From a virus, in IMG/VR virus record IMGVR_UViG_3300045988_155520, positions 1 through 64,000 of that record: a DNA stretch of 64,000 bases; one strand, written 5' to 3'. The first letter of the stretch is position 1. Every line of letters starts with the position of its first letter. The notes beneath the pieces were generated by a model. The model was not told where the DNA came from. It was given only the letters and a program-made list of their open reading frames with translations, and did no database searches. Shown here piece after piece: positions 42,687-53,144 of this stretch. Made by a program: the position numbers and the translations under genes.

Positions 42687-42699
42687 CCAGTGTTTCTTT
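42663..42699. terminator. 16-bp hairpin containing the stop codons of both convergent genes
   Basis: AAAGAAACACTGGTTA-accaa-TAACCAGTGTTTCTTT. The stops at 42684-86 (+) and 42676-78 (-) are both inside it. Confidence 0.5.
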
Positions 42700-45600
42700 A
42701 TTTATGTTATTATCACTAAACACCACTTCAAGAATAGTTCCTGCAGGAATCATCTGTTCCATATATGGAATTACGGCTTCTTTTAGATATTTAATTTCAC
42801 ATAGTCCTTCTCTTGTATACCAATCACTATGTAAATGGAAACGAATTAAAAGACGTTTGTTATTAACAATCTGATTAGTTACACTATCTCCGTCAAAACC
42901 AATAGATGAAATAGAAGTTACCTTTTTACTCTTATATGTTTCATCCACATTTCCTCTTTCTCCATTTAATATTTGATTGAGAGCGTATGATTCAATAAGA
43001 TTCGTACCATGACGTTTAACATTGTTTTTAACAACGTTCTGGTCATCTGTGTATATATGATAATGCCCATCAGGTGATAAGTAATTACCGAAGTAATGTA
43101 CCTTTTTATCAGCAAATAAATACTTATCGTAATTCACTACACTATCGTTACTATCAACGAGTCCTGTAAAGCCGATAGGATAAACATTAGTTGCAATATC
43201 ATTCAAACCATCACGATAACATCTATCATCAAATAAATTGTTTTCATAAGCATATTTAAATAAATTCTTGAAATATTTAAAATACTCATGTCCACAATCA
43301 TATTTCATATTACCGCAATGAGGATTATTACCTTTAAAATAATCTGTTATTGCATTAAGTACAAAATATTCAGCATCACCAGTTGTTAATCGTCTCCAAC
43401 CAGAAGACCACGCTTGGTTTGTTTTGTCATATGCTGTTATTGTTCTTGAATTTTCTGGTAAATCTAATTTGAAATAGTTTGTTAACTTATTATTTGCTTC
43501 TGTATTATCTTGCAATAAAGAGAATGTTACAACGTTATTCACATTTCCTTGTAACAAAATAAACTCATCTTTGTTTTTATCTGAAGTATTAATATAACAT
43601 TTAATAGTTTCACCATCCTGCATGTCATATAGGTTATATGATATTTGCTGTAAATTTGAAATATAAGTTACAACGTAATCTCTTATAGTATTATCACCTA
43701 CTTTTATTGTACCTTGATTAACAGTGAACAAAACATAGTGATATTCATCTTCTTTTATTTTTTCACTATATACTTCATTTACATAACCATTTATGATAGC
43801 ATAATTTCCACTAATATTCTTAACGTAATATACATCACCGCTTTCAAGTTTATCTTGATGAATGTTTACAAGTTCTTGAATACTATCTACAGATTTAATC
43901 GTTCTCAACGTTTCATAGTACGTTTTTAAACCCTCTGTGTTATTGGAATATATATTATCATCTTTATCCATTAAGAAACTAAATGGTTCAGAATTAAAAC
44001 TTTCTATACGGCTGCTTAACCAACCACCATTCATTTGGAAGTAAAAATCTCCATCCATAGATTCATTTTTACTAAAATATGGATAAAGTTTTCTTTTTAG
44101 TACTGGTTTGCCATCAGAATTAATATATGCTTCTTTGATTTTAGAAGTTACTCCCCCACCACGTTTAAGGTAAGTCTTTGTACCATTTTCTTCTTCTACA
44201 TCCAAATAACTAACAGGTAGACCTTGGTAAGATACATAATCAGAAATACCTGTGGAATGTGTATTAGTAGTATATTGATTATAATCTATGATTTTAGTAG
44301 AATTATACCAATCTATTTTATACATTTTGTTTACATCATCCCACTCTTCTTCTATAGGGTGAGCAAATGAAGTATATTCTTCTATTTCGTAGTCATACGG
44401 AACTAAACTATTCATTCTTTCACGCCCTGTTTTTCCACTACAACGTTCTCCATTTTCAAATAAGAGAGTTTTATCGTACCAGTTCTTACTTCTTAATCCA
44501 AATAGGCTTAATAACATTTCAACACCTTGAACCGTACCCTTATGTCGTAAGATATGTTTAGAATTTATTTTCAAGCGACGCATGAACTCGTTATTAAGTT
44601 CGTCCATTGAGTATTTTCTATCATCTCTATAATCTCTAATAAAAGCATCTCTATGGATATTATTAGGATTCTTACAATCTCTTACCCAACCATCTTTTGT
44701 ACACAACAATGCATATCCATTCTTAGTAGAATTTTTATAACTACCATAAGCATTTACTAAAAGTTCTTCGTCATGACTAAAAACTCTTTCTATAGGAACA
44801 TTGTTATTAGAATGATTAAACTTTTCAGCCGATTCGTTATTAGTAGTTGATGGCAATAAAGTCTTTTTACCGTTCTTTATTTCGTATTCTGACAGCTTAA
44901 ATGGCTTTATACTATTAACATCCCACCCGTCCAATTCTAACACGTCAGAGAGGAAATAATCGGGTATATTTGAAATCTGGTCATAGGTTACAGAATTTAT
45001 ATTATGTATAGAATCAATATATGATTTTATTTCATCGAACTCTCTTGATATAATTCTAAGAACTTTAGATAATTTATCACCATTTCTATTTTCGTTATCT
45101 TCTGTATCTGAAGAACGTGACCAGTCAAAGTTCTTAATTGCTTCATGAGTCATTGAACGGTATAAGTTATCACAAAAACGCTCGTCATAGAATGCAGCAA
45201 TATCGGCTAAACGAGATGTATAATCATCATATAAGGATGTCATACCAATGATGTTGTACCCACCGTAAGTCGTTGGAAAAGTAAATGATTCTATCTCAGT
45301 ATAATATCCAAAGTCATTTTCTTTAATTATCTGAAAAGAAGCTGTATACTTTGGTGTACTATTAGGATTTATGAGAATTTTCTCAAAAGAATCGCATTCG
45401 TTATAAAACTTGTTAAACCACTTTTTCTTTGGACGTATATGATATTCATTTTCCGCCATTAATAAAAAGTTTTCTTTATCAAGCATATAGTAAATTTCAT
45501 CGTTATTTCCTAAATATACTTGCACGGTTAATTTAATGCCTCCTTCAAATGTTATAACAACATCTCCTAATTTATCACCAGGACATGCACCTACTATTGA

Positions 45601-46545
45601 CTCTTCAGTAATTTCACTTACTACAGAATCAATTTCTTTTGTAGAATTGTAATCACCTATTACTAATTCGTAATTAGAAGCACCACCATTACAAAAATAT
45701 TTCAGAGGATTTTGTAACTCATCATTACTAACATATGTAGAATGTATATTAATATTGAAAGGGTTGTCGAGTAAGAACAATCCTTCTCCATCATACAACG
45801 GTGTTGCGCCAATTATTTCTTTATATTCACAATTTGCATCAATAATTTCTTTAGGATTTGGTTCACCATTATCATCGTAATCATACTCAGTTAATCTTGT
45901 CTTACTGAATGAATTTGTATGATAAGTTTTATTATACTCTGGACTTTTAGGGTCGGTATCAAGTATTTCCAAATCGTATTCAACTTGATTGTTATAATTA
46001 ACAGCAAGTTTTTCACCTATTTTAAGTTGTAAAGGAGAACCGTCATTCTGTACATTTTCGTCATGATAATTCACTTTAATACCTACAATAGGTGCTTCAT
46101 CGTTAGTATAACCTTTTCTACTTGGTGCAAATAACTCACCAGGAAAACGTTTTAATATGTCAATTAATGATGTGCGTATCAATTCTGAACAAGAACCATA
46201 ATAAGCAAATTCTCTCAAATCATAGAAATCTTGTTTTAAAACTATGGTATTCTCTGGAGAAGACTCTACATGAGAATTATTGACAATCTTATTAAGGTTA
46301 TTTAATGTCCATATTTCTCCATCTGAATTACTAACCCATTTACCATTTTCTACGGTGCGTGTAGTTGTTTTATCATCATTAACAGTAATAATAAAGTTAC
46401 CACTCTTATAAATGGGTGTTTGTCCTTTAGCGAATTGATTTAATCCACCTATAGTTGTTATGTCTCTTTCATTCACGATACCATCATTTACCAATTGGTG
46501 CCGTGTTTTCAAAACGTAATTAGAGTGACTTTTAATATATCCCAT
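42676..46545 (-). CDS. large virion-type protein (1289 aa), function unassigned
   Basis: Uninterrupted ORF, the last gene of the structural operon. Confidence 0.7.
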   Translation of the reverse strand: MGYIKSHSNYVLKTRHQLVNDGIVNERDITTIGGLNQFAKGQTPIYKSGNFIITVNDDKTTTRTVENGKWVSNSDGEIWTLNNLNKIVNNSHVESSPENTIVLKQDFYDLREFAYYGSCSELIRTSLIDILKRFPGELFAPSRKGYTNDEAPIVGIKVNYHDENVQNDGSPLQLKIGEKLAVNYNNQVEYDLEILDTDPKSPEYNKTYHTNSFSKTRLTEYDYDDNGEPNPKEIIDANCEYKEIIGATPLYDGEGLFLLDNPFNINIHSTYVSNDELQNPLKYFCNGGASNYELVIGDYNSTKEIDSVVSEITEESIVGACPGDKLGDVVITFEGGIKLTVQVYLGNNDEIYYMLDKENFLLMAENEYHIRPKKKWFNKFYNECDSFEKILINPNSTPKYTASFQIIKENDFGYYTEIESFTFPTTYGGYNIIGMTSLYDDYTSRLADIAAFYDERFCDNLYRSMTHEAIKNFDWSRSSDTEDNENRNGDKLSKVLRIISREFDEIKSYIDSIHNINSVTYDQISNIPDYFLSDVLELDGWDVNSIKPFKLSEYEIKNGKKTLLPSTTNNESAEKFNHSNNNVPIERVFSHDEELLVNAYGSYKNSTKNGYALLCTKDGWVRDCKNPNNIHRDAFIRDYRDDRKYSMDELNNEFMRRLKINSKHILRHKGTVQGVEMLLSLFGLRSKNWYDKTLLFENGERCSGKTGRERMNSLVPYDYEIEEYTSFAHPIEEEWDDVNKMYKIDWYNSTKIIDYNQYTTNTHSTGISDYVSYQGLPVSYLDVEEENGTKTYLKRGGGVTSKIKEAYINSDGKPVLKRKLYPYFSKNESMDGDFYFQMNGGWLSSRIESFNSEPFSFLMDKDDNIYSNNTEGLKTYYETLRTIKSVDSIQELVNIHQDKLESGDVYYVKNISGNYAIINGYVNEVYSEKIKEDEYHYVLFTVNQGTIKVGDNTIRDYVVTYISNLQQISYNLYDMQDGETIKCYINTSDKNKDEFILLQGNVNNVVTFSLLQDNTEANNKLTNYFKLDLPENSRTITAYDKTNQAWSSGWRRLTTGDAEYFVLNAITDYFKGNNPHCGNMKYDCGHEYFKYFKNLFKYAYENNLFDDRCYRDGLNDIATNVYPIGFTGLVDSNDSVVNYDKYLFADKKVHYFGNYLSPDGHYHIYTDDQNVVKNNVKRHGTNLIESYALNQILNGERGNVDETYKSKKVTSISSIGFDGDSVTNQIVNNKRLLIRFHLHSDWYTREGLCEIKYLKEAVIPYMEQMIPAGTILEVVFSDNNINKETLVIG

Positions 46546-46547
46546 CT

Positions 46548-47465
46548 TTAAGATATTTTATCGTTTATTGTTTGAGTGAAATCAATATTATTTTCTCTTT
46601 TATGTTTAACTTCATAAACAGGTTTACCTGTATATTGGTCTTTGAGAGTAAAATGTTCTGCTTGATGATATATCTCGTTATTTTGATTAAATGTTGATAC
46701 AAGTCCATTATCAAGGTCTCTTAATTGAGAGTTCTCTATCATCATAGAAATTGTGTCCATATCATGTTCAACCATTTCAATCTCTAACGCAATAGGTTCA
46801 AAAAACGTATTTACCAATATAATCTCTTGAGTTGGTTTTCCTATAAAAGGTGTAGCGTTTGATTTAAAACTTGGTGCACTTGATGGTGATAAAGTTAAAA
46901 ATACGAGGCTTGAACTTTCATTATAACGATAAGAGTAGCTTTTATCACTGGATGTGTTAGGAACTTGCACAAGCGGTTCACATTTATTATTAGAAGTGAT
47001 TATACGGTACTCATTACGTCTTTCATTTGAATCATCCATAAAGATTACACGATATCCAACAAGACTATTATTAGATACCGCTTTTTGTCGAATACTTTCG
47101 TTAAGTTTAGTCGAATCTAACACAATTCCTCTTACATTAGGAAAAGCGGAAAGAGAACCAACATCGGTAATAATTGCCTTGATTTCTTTAGGTTTAATAT
47201 AAACGGTATAGAAACCTTTTCTTCCAAATTCAGATAACGGTAAATGAATATTGTACATTCCTTCTACAACATCGTCCTGTTCTCCATCATTCATTTCTCT
47301 TACAGCTGGTTTTAAAATAGAAGAATCTAACTTAATAAATTTTCTATTTTCAAAATCATCATAAGCACGTGATGGATGAAAAGTGTAATAAATATCTACC
47401 ATATTAGATATTTCATCACTTTTAAATTGCATTGGTATTGTTAAACCATAAGTTCCTATTGCCAT
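46548..47465 (-). CDS. structural-module protein (305 aa)
   Basis: ATG ORF, 2 nt from the next gene. Confidence 0.65.
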   Translation of the reverse strand: MAIGTYGLTIPMQFKSDEISNMVDIYYTFHPSRAYDDFENRKFIKLDSSILKPAVREMNDGEQDDVVEGMYNIHLPLSEFGRKGFYTVYIKPKEIKAIITDVGSLSAFPNVRGIVLDSTKLNESIRQKAVSNNSLVGYRVIFMDDSNERRNEYRIITSNNKCEPLVQVPNTSSDKSYSYRYNESSSLVFLTLSPSSAPSFKSNATPFIGKPTQEIILVNTFFEPIALEIEMVEHDMDTISMMIENSQLRDLDNGLVSTFNQNNEIYHQAEHFTLKDQYTGKPVYEVKHKRENNIDFTQTINDKIS

Positions 47466-47475
47466 TGTATATATT

Positions 47476-50280
47476 TTAACTATCTATTATATTAAAAAAG
47501 CCATTTGAATAATTTTCTAAAGCTTCAAAAGAAGAAACTTCTCCTAATTTAATATGCTTATCAAAAGCATAATTTATTCCTCTATCTATATAAATATTAC
47601 TTTTTGTACTTTGCGGTGCTGCACTTCCAAAACGATATTCTTCTCTAAAAAGAGGTAGAACAACAGCATCATTATAAGTATCCATGTCTACGTATGTCAT
47701 CACTCGTCCCATTCTCGCATTTGGTAATGAGAATTGTGCTTTTGGACTTGACCATTCTCTACCATATAAATCAGACTTATTAAGTTCCTCTTTACGTACT
47801 ATGTCATAATACCATACTAAAATCTTAGTTGTCGTAGATGTATTGAAAAACTCTTGCTTCTTGACAAATTCTACAGTTTCTTTAAATGTTACTCCATCTG
47901 AATAATTTTCTGGTATCACATACGTTCCATTATCTATCATTAATGTTGCATTTATATGATATGTTATATCACACATGATATGTTTGTCATCATTTATTTC
48001 TCCGACTTCTTCCAATACTTTATTTATAGCATTTATACTTTGCTTGTCGGTATATTTTTTACTTATTATTTTACCATTATTATCAGTACAATAGAATACC
48101 ATATTTGATATTATATTACCATTAAACATCTTATCGGCAAATTCATATTTCTCACCTTTAAGGACTGTCAGATTTGTTACACTATTGATATTGTAATATG
48201 GTGTTAATACTGTTCCTTCTACAGGTTGTGCATAGAGTGGGTTTGTTCCATTATTATCATTAATTTCCTCACCATTACTCCATTTAGTTTCCTTTAGTGG
48301 ATTCAAACCATGCATTTCATTTCCTATATCATCATAGTATAATACAGACGGTTTCAATAAGTCTATTTTAGAATCGGTATAACCCGTAATATAGCCAGCA
48401 TCTTCTAACTCATATGTATGAACAATATTCAAACCATTCTCCAAAATTAAAATGTCTTTACATGATATTTTGTCTTTTATCAATTCTTTAGATTCTTGAA
48501 TATTCTGGGTAAACCCATTATCAATATCTCCATTTAAACCATTTTGAATTGTATATATTTTTCCATCCTTAACAAATAAATCTATGCCATTCAAAGTAGT
48601 GTGTGTATCAAATAAAGGGTATGTATATGATATGTTAGCATCTTTGACTTTAACTTCATTATTATCAACAATAATATATTCTCCATTATAGTTAATAAGT
48701 TTACCCTCATTTATTGTATTACCGCTAATTTCTCCATTTTTAGCGAAAGAATCTGACCCACCTATTTTTATGTATTCAGTTCCAGTCCCTCTATATTTTT
48801 CAACTAAGAAAACTTTATTTCTTATTAATGAATTACTTGTAGTTTCCATCTTTACATATCTTGATGAAAAAACTGGATAAATAATATTATTAATACAAAC
48901 ACACTCCTTTGATGAATAAGGTACAAATTCTGTATTTAGGTGGTCTGCTAATAATTTTATTTCATCTATTTTTGTTGAGGTTATTTTCTTATATTCCCCT
49001 TTATAATCTTTTACAAGATAAGTGTTTTCAAAATGGAAATCTTTACTATTAGCTTCTATATAATAATCGGTATAATTAATCCATTGTATATCATTATTTG
49101 CCGTTATATAATTGTTACTTTTTTCATCCCATAAATTAACATTATCATTACCCCATACACGTTCTAAATATTTTTCATCAAATTTAAAACCATATAGTGC
49201 ATTTTTTCCTTTCTTTTCCCTTGCTGTGTTTTGTGTATATTCTTTAATCTTATTATTTGGATTAAGTATATAAGGTATACCATCACGTATGACAACTGTA
49301 CCATGTTTTGTGTCGTTCTGTGTATTTCTATAATCTACTCCAGCAACCCAATCATTAGAAAAAATAGACATTTCTCCCATATTTTCAATACTTTGTAGTA
49401 TTGGAATTGAATGTATTGAAATTGGGGAAAGATTAGGATATAATTCATATAACTGAGCTAATTTTTCAGCTTTATCATTTGCAATATTTACCCACTCCTG
49501 AAGAAGTGTAGCTACATTATTACCACCTCTTTTAAAATACTCTTCGCATTCGCAACAGTTTGAACTATCCACACATTCTTCATGTGAAGTATAATCACGA
49601 TATAATCTTCTTTTTGAAGAAAACCATTGATTCCACTTGATAGCATCACCAAACCAAAGAAATGATGTATTCCAAAAATCTTTAAATTCAGTTGGGATAT
49701 AGAATTGAAGAAAGAAGTTTTCTTTTAAATATTTAAAAAGTCCGTCATCTACAGCTACTTTTGATATATTCAATTCTTCTGTGTTATAACCATGTATTAA
49801 ATTATTATCTTTAAGAACTACTTTTCCAGCATGGCTAACGAAGAATTTATCCATTTCTTCATATGTACTTCTTTTATTACCATAAAGTAATTTATCAGAA
49901 TACTTTCCGCTAACCTCTGAATCGTAATATTCTACAGCTGACTTATAAGCATGACCACATGAACCATGATTATTCAATAAGTCATAATATTTAGTAAAGA
50001 AGAAAAACCAATCATCTAAACGACGATAAGAAACCATACAATCAAATTTGAAAGTTATATTATTTTCTGTTACACTTACATCTGGATTTTTCTTGAAAAA
50101 GTCAGCTAAACTAACATTCATAGGTATCATACCATAATTGTTAGATTTCTGATAATTTCTTGCTGCAATAGCATCTTTAGTGAATACATGATATATACCA
50201 TTTTTATCAAATGCAGGTATTATACCAGGTATTCGTGATGTAAATGTTTCCAAAGAAACGGTTGTATGTAATTTTTTCAT
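47476..50280 (-). CDS. large virion-type protein (934 aa)
   Basis: Uninterrupted ORF. Confidence 0.7.
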   Translation of the reverse strand: MKKLHTTVSLETFTSRIPGIIPAFDKNGIYHVFTKDAIAARNYQKSNNYGMIPMNVSLADFFKKNPDVSVTENNITFKFDCMVSYRRLDDWFFFFTKYYDLLNNHGSCGHAYKSAVEYYDSEVSGKYSDKLLYGNKRSTYEEMDKFFVSHAGKVVLKDNNLIHGYNTEELNISKVAVDDGLFKYLKENFFLQFYIPTEFKDFWNTSFLWFGDAIKWNQWFSSKRRLYRDYTSHEECVDSSNCCECEEYFKRGGNNVATLLQEWVNIANDKAEKLAQLYELYPNLSPISIHSIPILQSIENMGEMSIFSNDWVAGVDYRNTQNDTKHGTVVIRDGIPYILNPNNKIKEYTQNTAREKKGKNALYGFKFDEKYLERVWGNDNVNLWDEKSNNYITANNDIQWINYTDYYIEANSKDFHFENTYLVKDYKGEYKKITSTKIDEIKLLADHLNTEFVPYSSKECVCINNIIYPVFSSRYVKMETTSNSLIRNKVFLVEKYRGTGTEYIKIGGSDSFAKNGEISGNTINEGKLINYNGEYIIVDNNEVKVKDANISYTYPLFDTHTTLNGIDLFVKDGKIYTIQNGLNGDIDNGFTQNIQESKELIKDKISCKDILILENGLNIVHTYELEDAGYITGYTDSKIDLLKPSVLYYDDIGNEMHGLNPLKETKWSNGEEINDNNGTNPLYAQPVEGTVLTPYYNINSVTNLTVLKGEKYEFADKMFNGNIISNMVFYCTDNNGKIISKKYTDKQSINAINKVLEEVGEINDDKHIMCDITYHINATLMIDNGTYVIPENYSDGVTFKETVEFVKKQEFFNTSTTTKILVWYYDIVRKEELNKSDLYGREWSSPKAQFSLPNARMGRVMTYVDMDTYNDAVVLPLFREEYRFGSAAPQSTKSNIYIDRGINYAFDKHIKLGEVSSFEALENYSNGFFNIIDS

Positions 50281-50285
50281 TTTCT

Positions 50286-53144
50286 CTAATCCTCGTTCTT
50301 AATTTTCATTTCAAAAAGATTAAACTGTAATTTGTCACCTTTACTTTTAATTACTTCTGGTGATATATAGTTAGTATTTACATAATATGAATAACGTTTA
50401 TTTATATTATCATAAACTGCGGTTAATGGAATGTATGTTTGTTTATAAACATCCTTTAAAGATACACCGCTCTTTAGTTCATTCAAATCATTTTCATTGT
50501 TTAATCGTAATACATGACCATCCAAAGATGTTGGAATATTAAAAGTCAGGGTTTTACCTAAACCTGCATGATTAAACTCTACTTTCATAAATATCTTCTC
50601 TGGATGTAATGATGTAGCATAATCTCTAAACATGTATATATAGAATCCTTCAGATGAATTGTCGTTTTCATGCTTATTGTACACCGAGAAACGAGAACTC
50701 AATCTTCCCTCATCGTCCCATTTATACGTAAGTTTATCTTTATTTTCGCTATAGCAAACCTCAGTTTTAACACTAATATTATTAGTAAAGCTATTTACGT
50801 CTTTATCAACATTATCATACATGATATCTTTACTAATTTTTGTCATATTATTCATGTACTTTTTAAATGCCTTACTTTCATCAAAGAAAATTGTAGATGT
50901 AGCCAATAAATTTTGTGTTAATGGATTAATACTATCGTAAAAAGATAATCTTAGAAAACTTTTAGCTAATTTATCTTTCTGATAATACACATCATTATTT
51001 GTAAAGTACATAAGCCCTAACAAGTCAGATGATTCTTGCAACTTCTCCCCATCTGATTCTAATAAATGTTTATATGGCTCGTAATCCGTTATAAACCAAT
51101 TAGAATTATCATGGTTAATAGAATTTACTCCTTCATCTTCAATTATCTTCCAACTTTCCTCATCTCGTGTTCTGAAATGTAGGTTAAACTCCATTGTACG
51201 AACACTTTTAAACATCTGAAAACCATTCTTATCTAATTGTATATTACCATTCTCTCCTATTAATGGATATACGGGGTAATATACCTCTTTTTCCATATCA
51301 ACTATGTTGGTGATGACATTTCTTCTTTCACTCGTGAAGAATTGATTTTCACTAATATCATCGTGTAGTGGATTACCACCATTAGTATATGTTAATGGTA
51401 AAGTTAGTCTACAAAAAGAACTATGTCCAAAGATACTGAGTTTATCGTTTAAATTATAATAATCTTGGGAAGTATTAATAATATCGTTAATGTTAGAAGC
51501 AACCCATGGAAGTTCTACCGTTATTTTTCTATCACCAAAAATTTTACTTTCTGTTTCAATTAAATAAGTATGCTTATTCTCTATAAGTAAGTGATTAAGA
51601 TAGTTGATTATCGTATCATATTCTTCTTTAGAAAATACATCTTTATCTAAATCAGGTATACAGACTAATGCAGAGGAACCAGCTTTATCAATAACTCTCA
51701 TTCTTATTCTTCCTCTACCATTCATTTTAATAGTAGTTCTCTGACCAGTTTTATCAATTACATACCTTTCATTACCTATTACAACCCCATCATAATGTTT
51801 TATATGATATGATATATTACTATATTCTCGTCCATTTGGTATATTATATAAACGTTTAAACGTAGTACCATTATCAGTTATTTCTCCCTCTAATTTAACA
51901 TCGTATACATCTACATATGCAATACTCCCATCTTCATATCCGTTGGGATAATATATGTTAAATTCTTCTCCATTGATAATGGCTGTATCACAACACCTAT
52001 TATCTATCCAATATTTTTCATTCTCATATAACACATATCTTTTTCCAGATGTAGATTCAAATAAAGGTAAATCAAATTCTCTATCAGATGAAAATGATAA
52101 GAAATAAGCGTCGTTTATATTTAAACTATGTCTATCATTATAAACGTACACAATTACTTGTTCTGTATTGTGTGAATTTATTAACTGTTCATGAAATGGA
52201 TAAACGGTTCCGTCTAATTCTATGAAAATATCTCTTGCACGTAATTTATTAATATCAGTATTAGTTGCTGTATCTCCAGTAAGAGGAATCCTACTATTAT
52301 TAGAATCTGTATAATTTACCAGAAAAGCATCCACCCAAGTTTTGATAAATGTTTTCTGCCCATTATTATCCATGCGCATTAGATTAACATAGCACCCTAT
52401 TTTACTCGTACCGTTATCATCTATTTTAGTAATATAGTATTTGTTATTTTCATATGCACAAAATAATGAATATTCACCACCAGTTATAGTTTCAAGTTGT
52501 AAAAACTGATTCTCTGGGCGTTCTATTCTAAATTTTTTAACTTTAAAAAACTCTTCTTTCTTAAAAAAATGTACACTTACATCTGAAAAATACCCCGTAT
52601 CATCACCTTTAACAACATAGCTATTTTTGTCGCTATCTGTTTCAATCAGATATTTTACACCATTATACTCTATTGTTCCATCTTCAATCCAGAATGGTAC
52701 TTTTATATTTATAGTAGTATCATTAGTTAAGTAAACTTTATAATTTTCTATATACTTATAGGGTTTTAGTTCACTTTCTTCATCAACAACTATATCGTTA
52801 TAATAAGGTAATACTATATATTTACCATTATCGTCTTGTTGAACGTAACAAAAATCATTATTATAATAAACGTACTGTATATTGATACTATCTTTATTAT
52901 AAGTTTCTACCTTAAATGTTGTATCAACGAAACATAATCCTTGTCGTAGATGTTCACTCCACTTAATATTACATTCTGAAGTCTCGTAAGAATTTTTTAA
53001 TATAACAGTATTAGTACTACCGACTGTTATATTAGAGTTGGTAGTACCAGTTATATAAGTTAAGTCATGAGATACAAAAAGTTCTTTAAAAGGTATTTTG
53101 GTCAATGTATCTCCCTTTCCTAAACGACAAGAATATCTTAACAT
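50286..53144 (-). CDS. large virion-type protein (952 aa)
   Basis: Uninterrupted ORF. Confidence 0.7.
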   Translation of the reverse strand: MLRYSCRLGKGDTLTKIPFKELFVSHDLTYITGTTNSNITVGSTNTVILKNSYETSECNIKWSEHLRQGLCFVDTTFKVETYNKDSINIQYVYYNNDFCYVQQDDNGKYIVLPYYNDIVVDEESELKPYKYIENYKVYLTNDTTINIKVPFWIEDGTIEYNGVKYLIETDSDKNSYVVKGDDTGYFSDVSVHFFKKEEFFKVKKFRIERPENQFLQLETITGGEYSLFCAYENNKYYITKIDDNGTSKIGCYVNLMRMDNNGQKTFIKTWVDAFLVNYTDSNNSRIPLTGDTATNTDINKLRARDIFIELDGTVYPFHEQLINSHNTEQVIVYVYNDRHSLNINDAYFLSFSSDREFDLPLFESTSGKRYVLYENEKYWIDNRCCDTAIINGEEFNIYYPNGYEDGSIAYVDVYDVKLEGEITDNGTTFKRLYNIPNGREYSNISYHIKHYDGVVIGNERYVIDKTGQRTTIKMNGRGRIRMRVIDKAGSSALVCIPDLDKDVFSKEEYDTIINYLNHLLIENKHTYLIETESKIFGDRKITVELPWVASNINDIINTSQDYYNLNDKLSIFGHSSFCRLTLPLTYTNGGNPLHDDISENQFFTSERRNVITNIVDMEKEVYYPVYPLIGENGNIQLDKNGFQMFKSVRTMEFNLHFRTRDEESWKIIEDEGVNSINHDNSNWFITDYEPYKHLLESDGEKLQESSDLLGLMYFTNNDVYYQKDKLAKSFLRLSFYDSINPLTQNLLATSTIFFDESKAFKKYMNNMTKISKDIMYDNVDKDVNSFTNNISVKTEVCYSENKDKLTYKWDDEGRLSSRFSVYNKHENDNSSEGFYIYMFRDYATSLHPEKIFMKVEFNHAGLGKTLTFNIPTSLDGHVLRLNNENDLNELKSGVSLKDVYKQTYIPLTAVYDNINKRYSYYVNTNYISPEVIKSKGDKLQFNLFEMKIKNED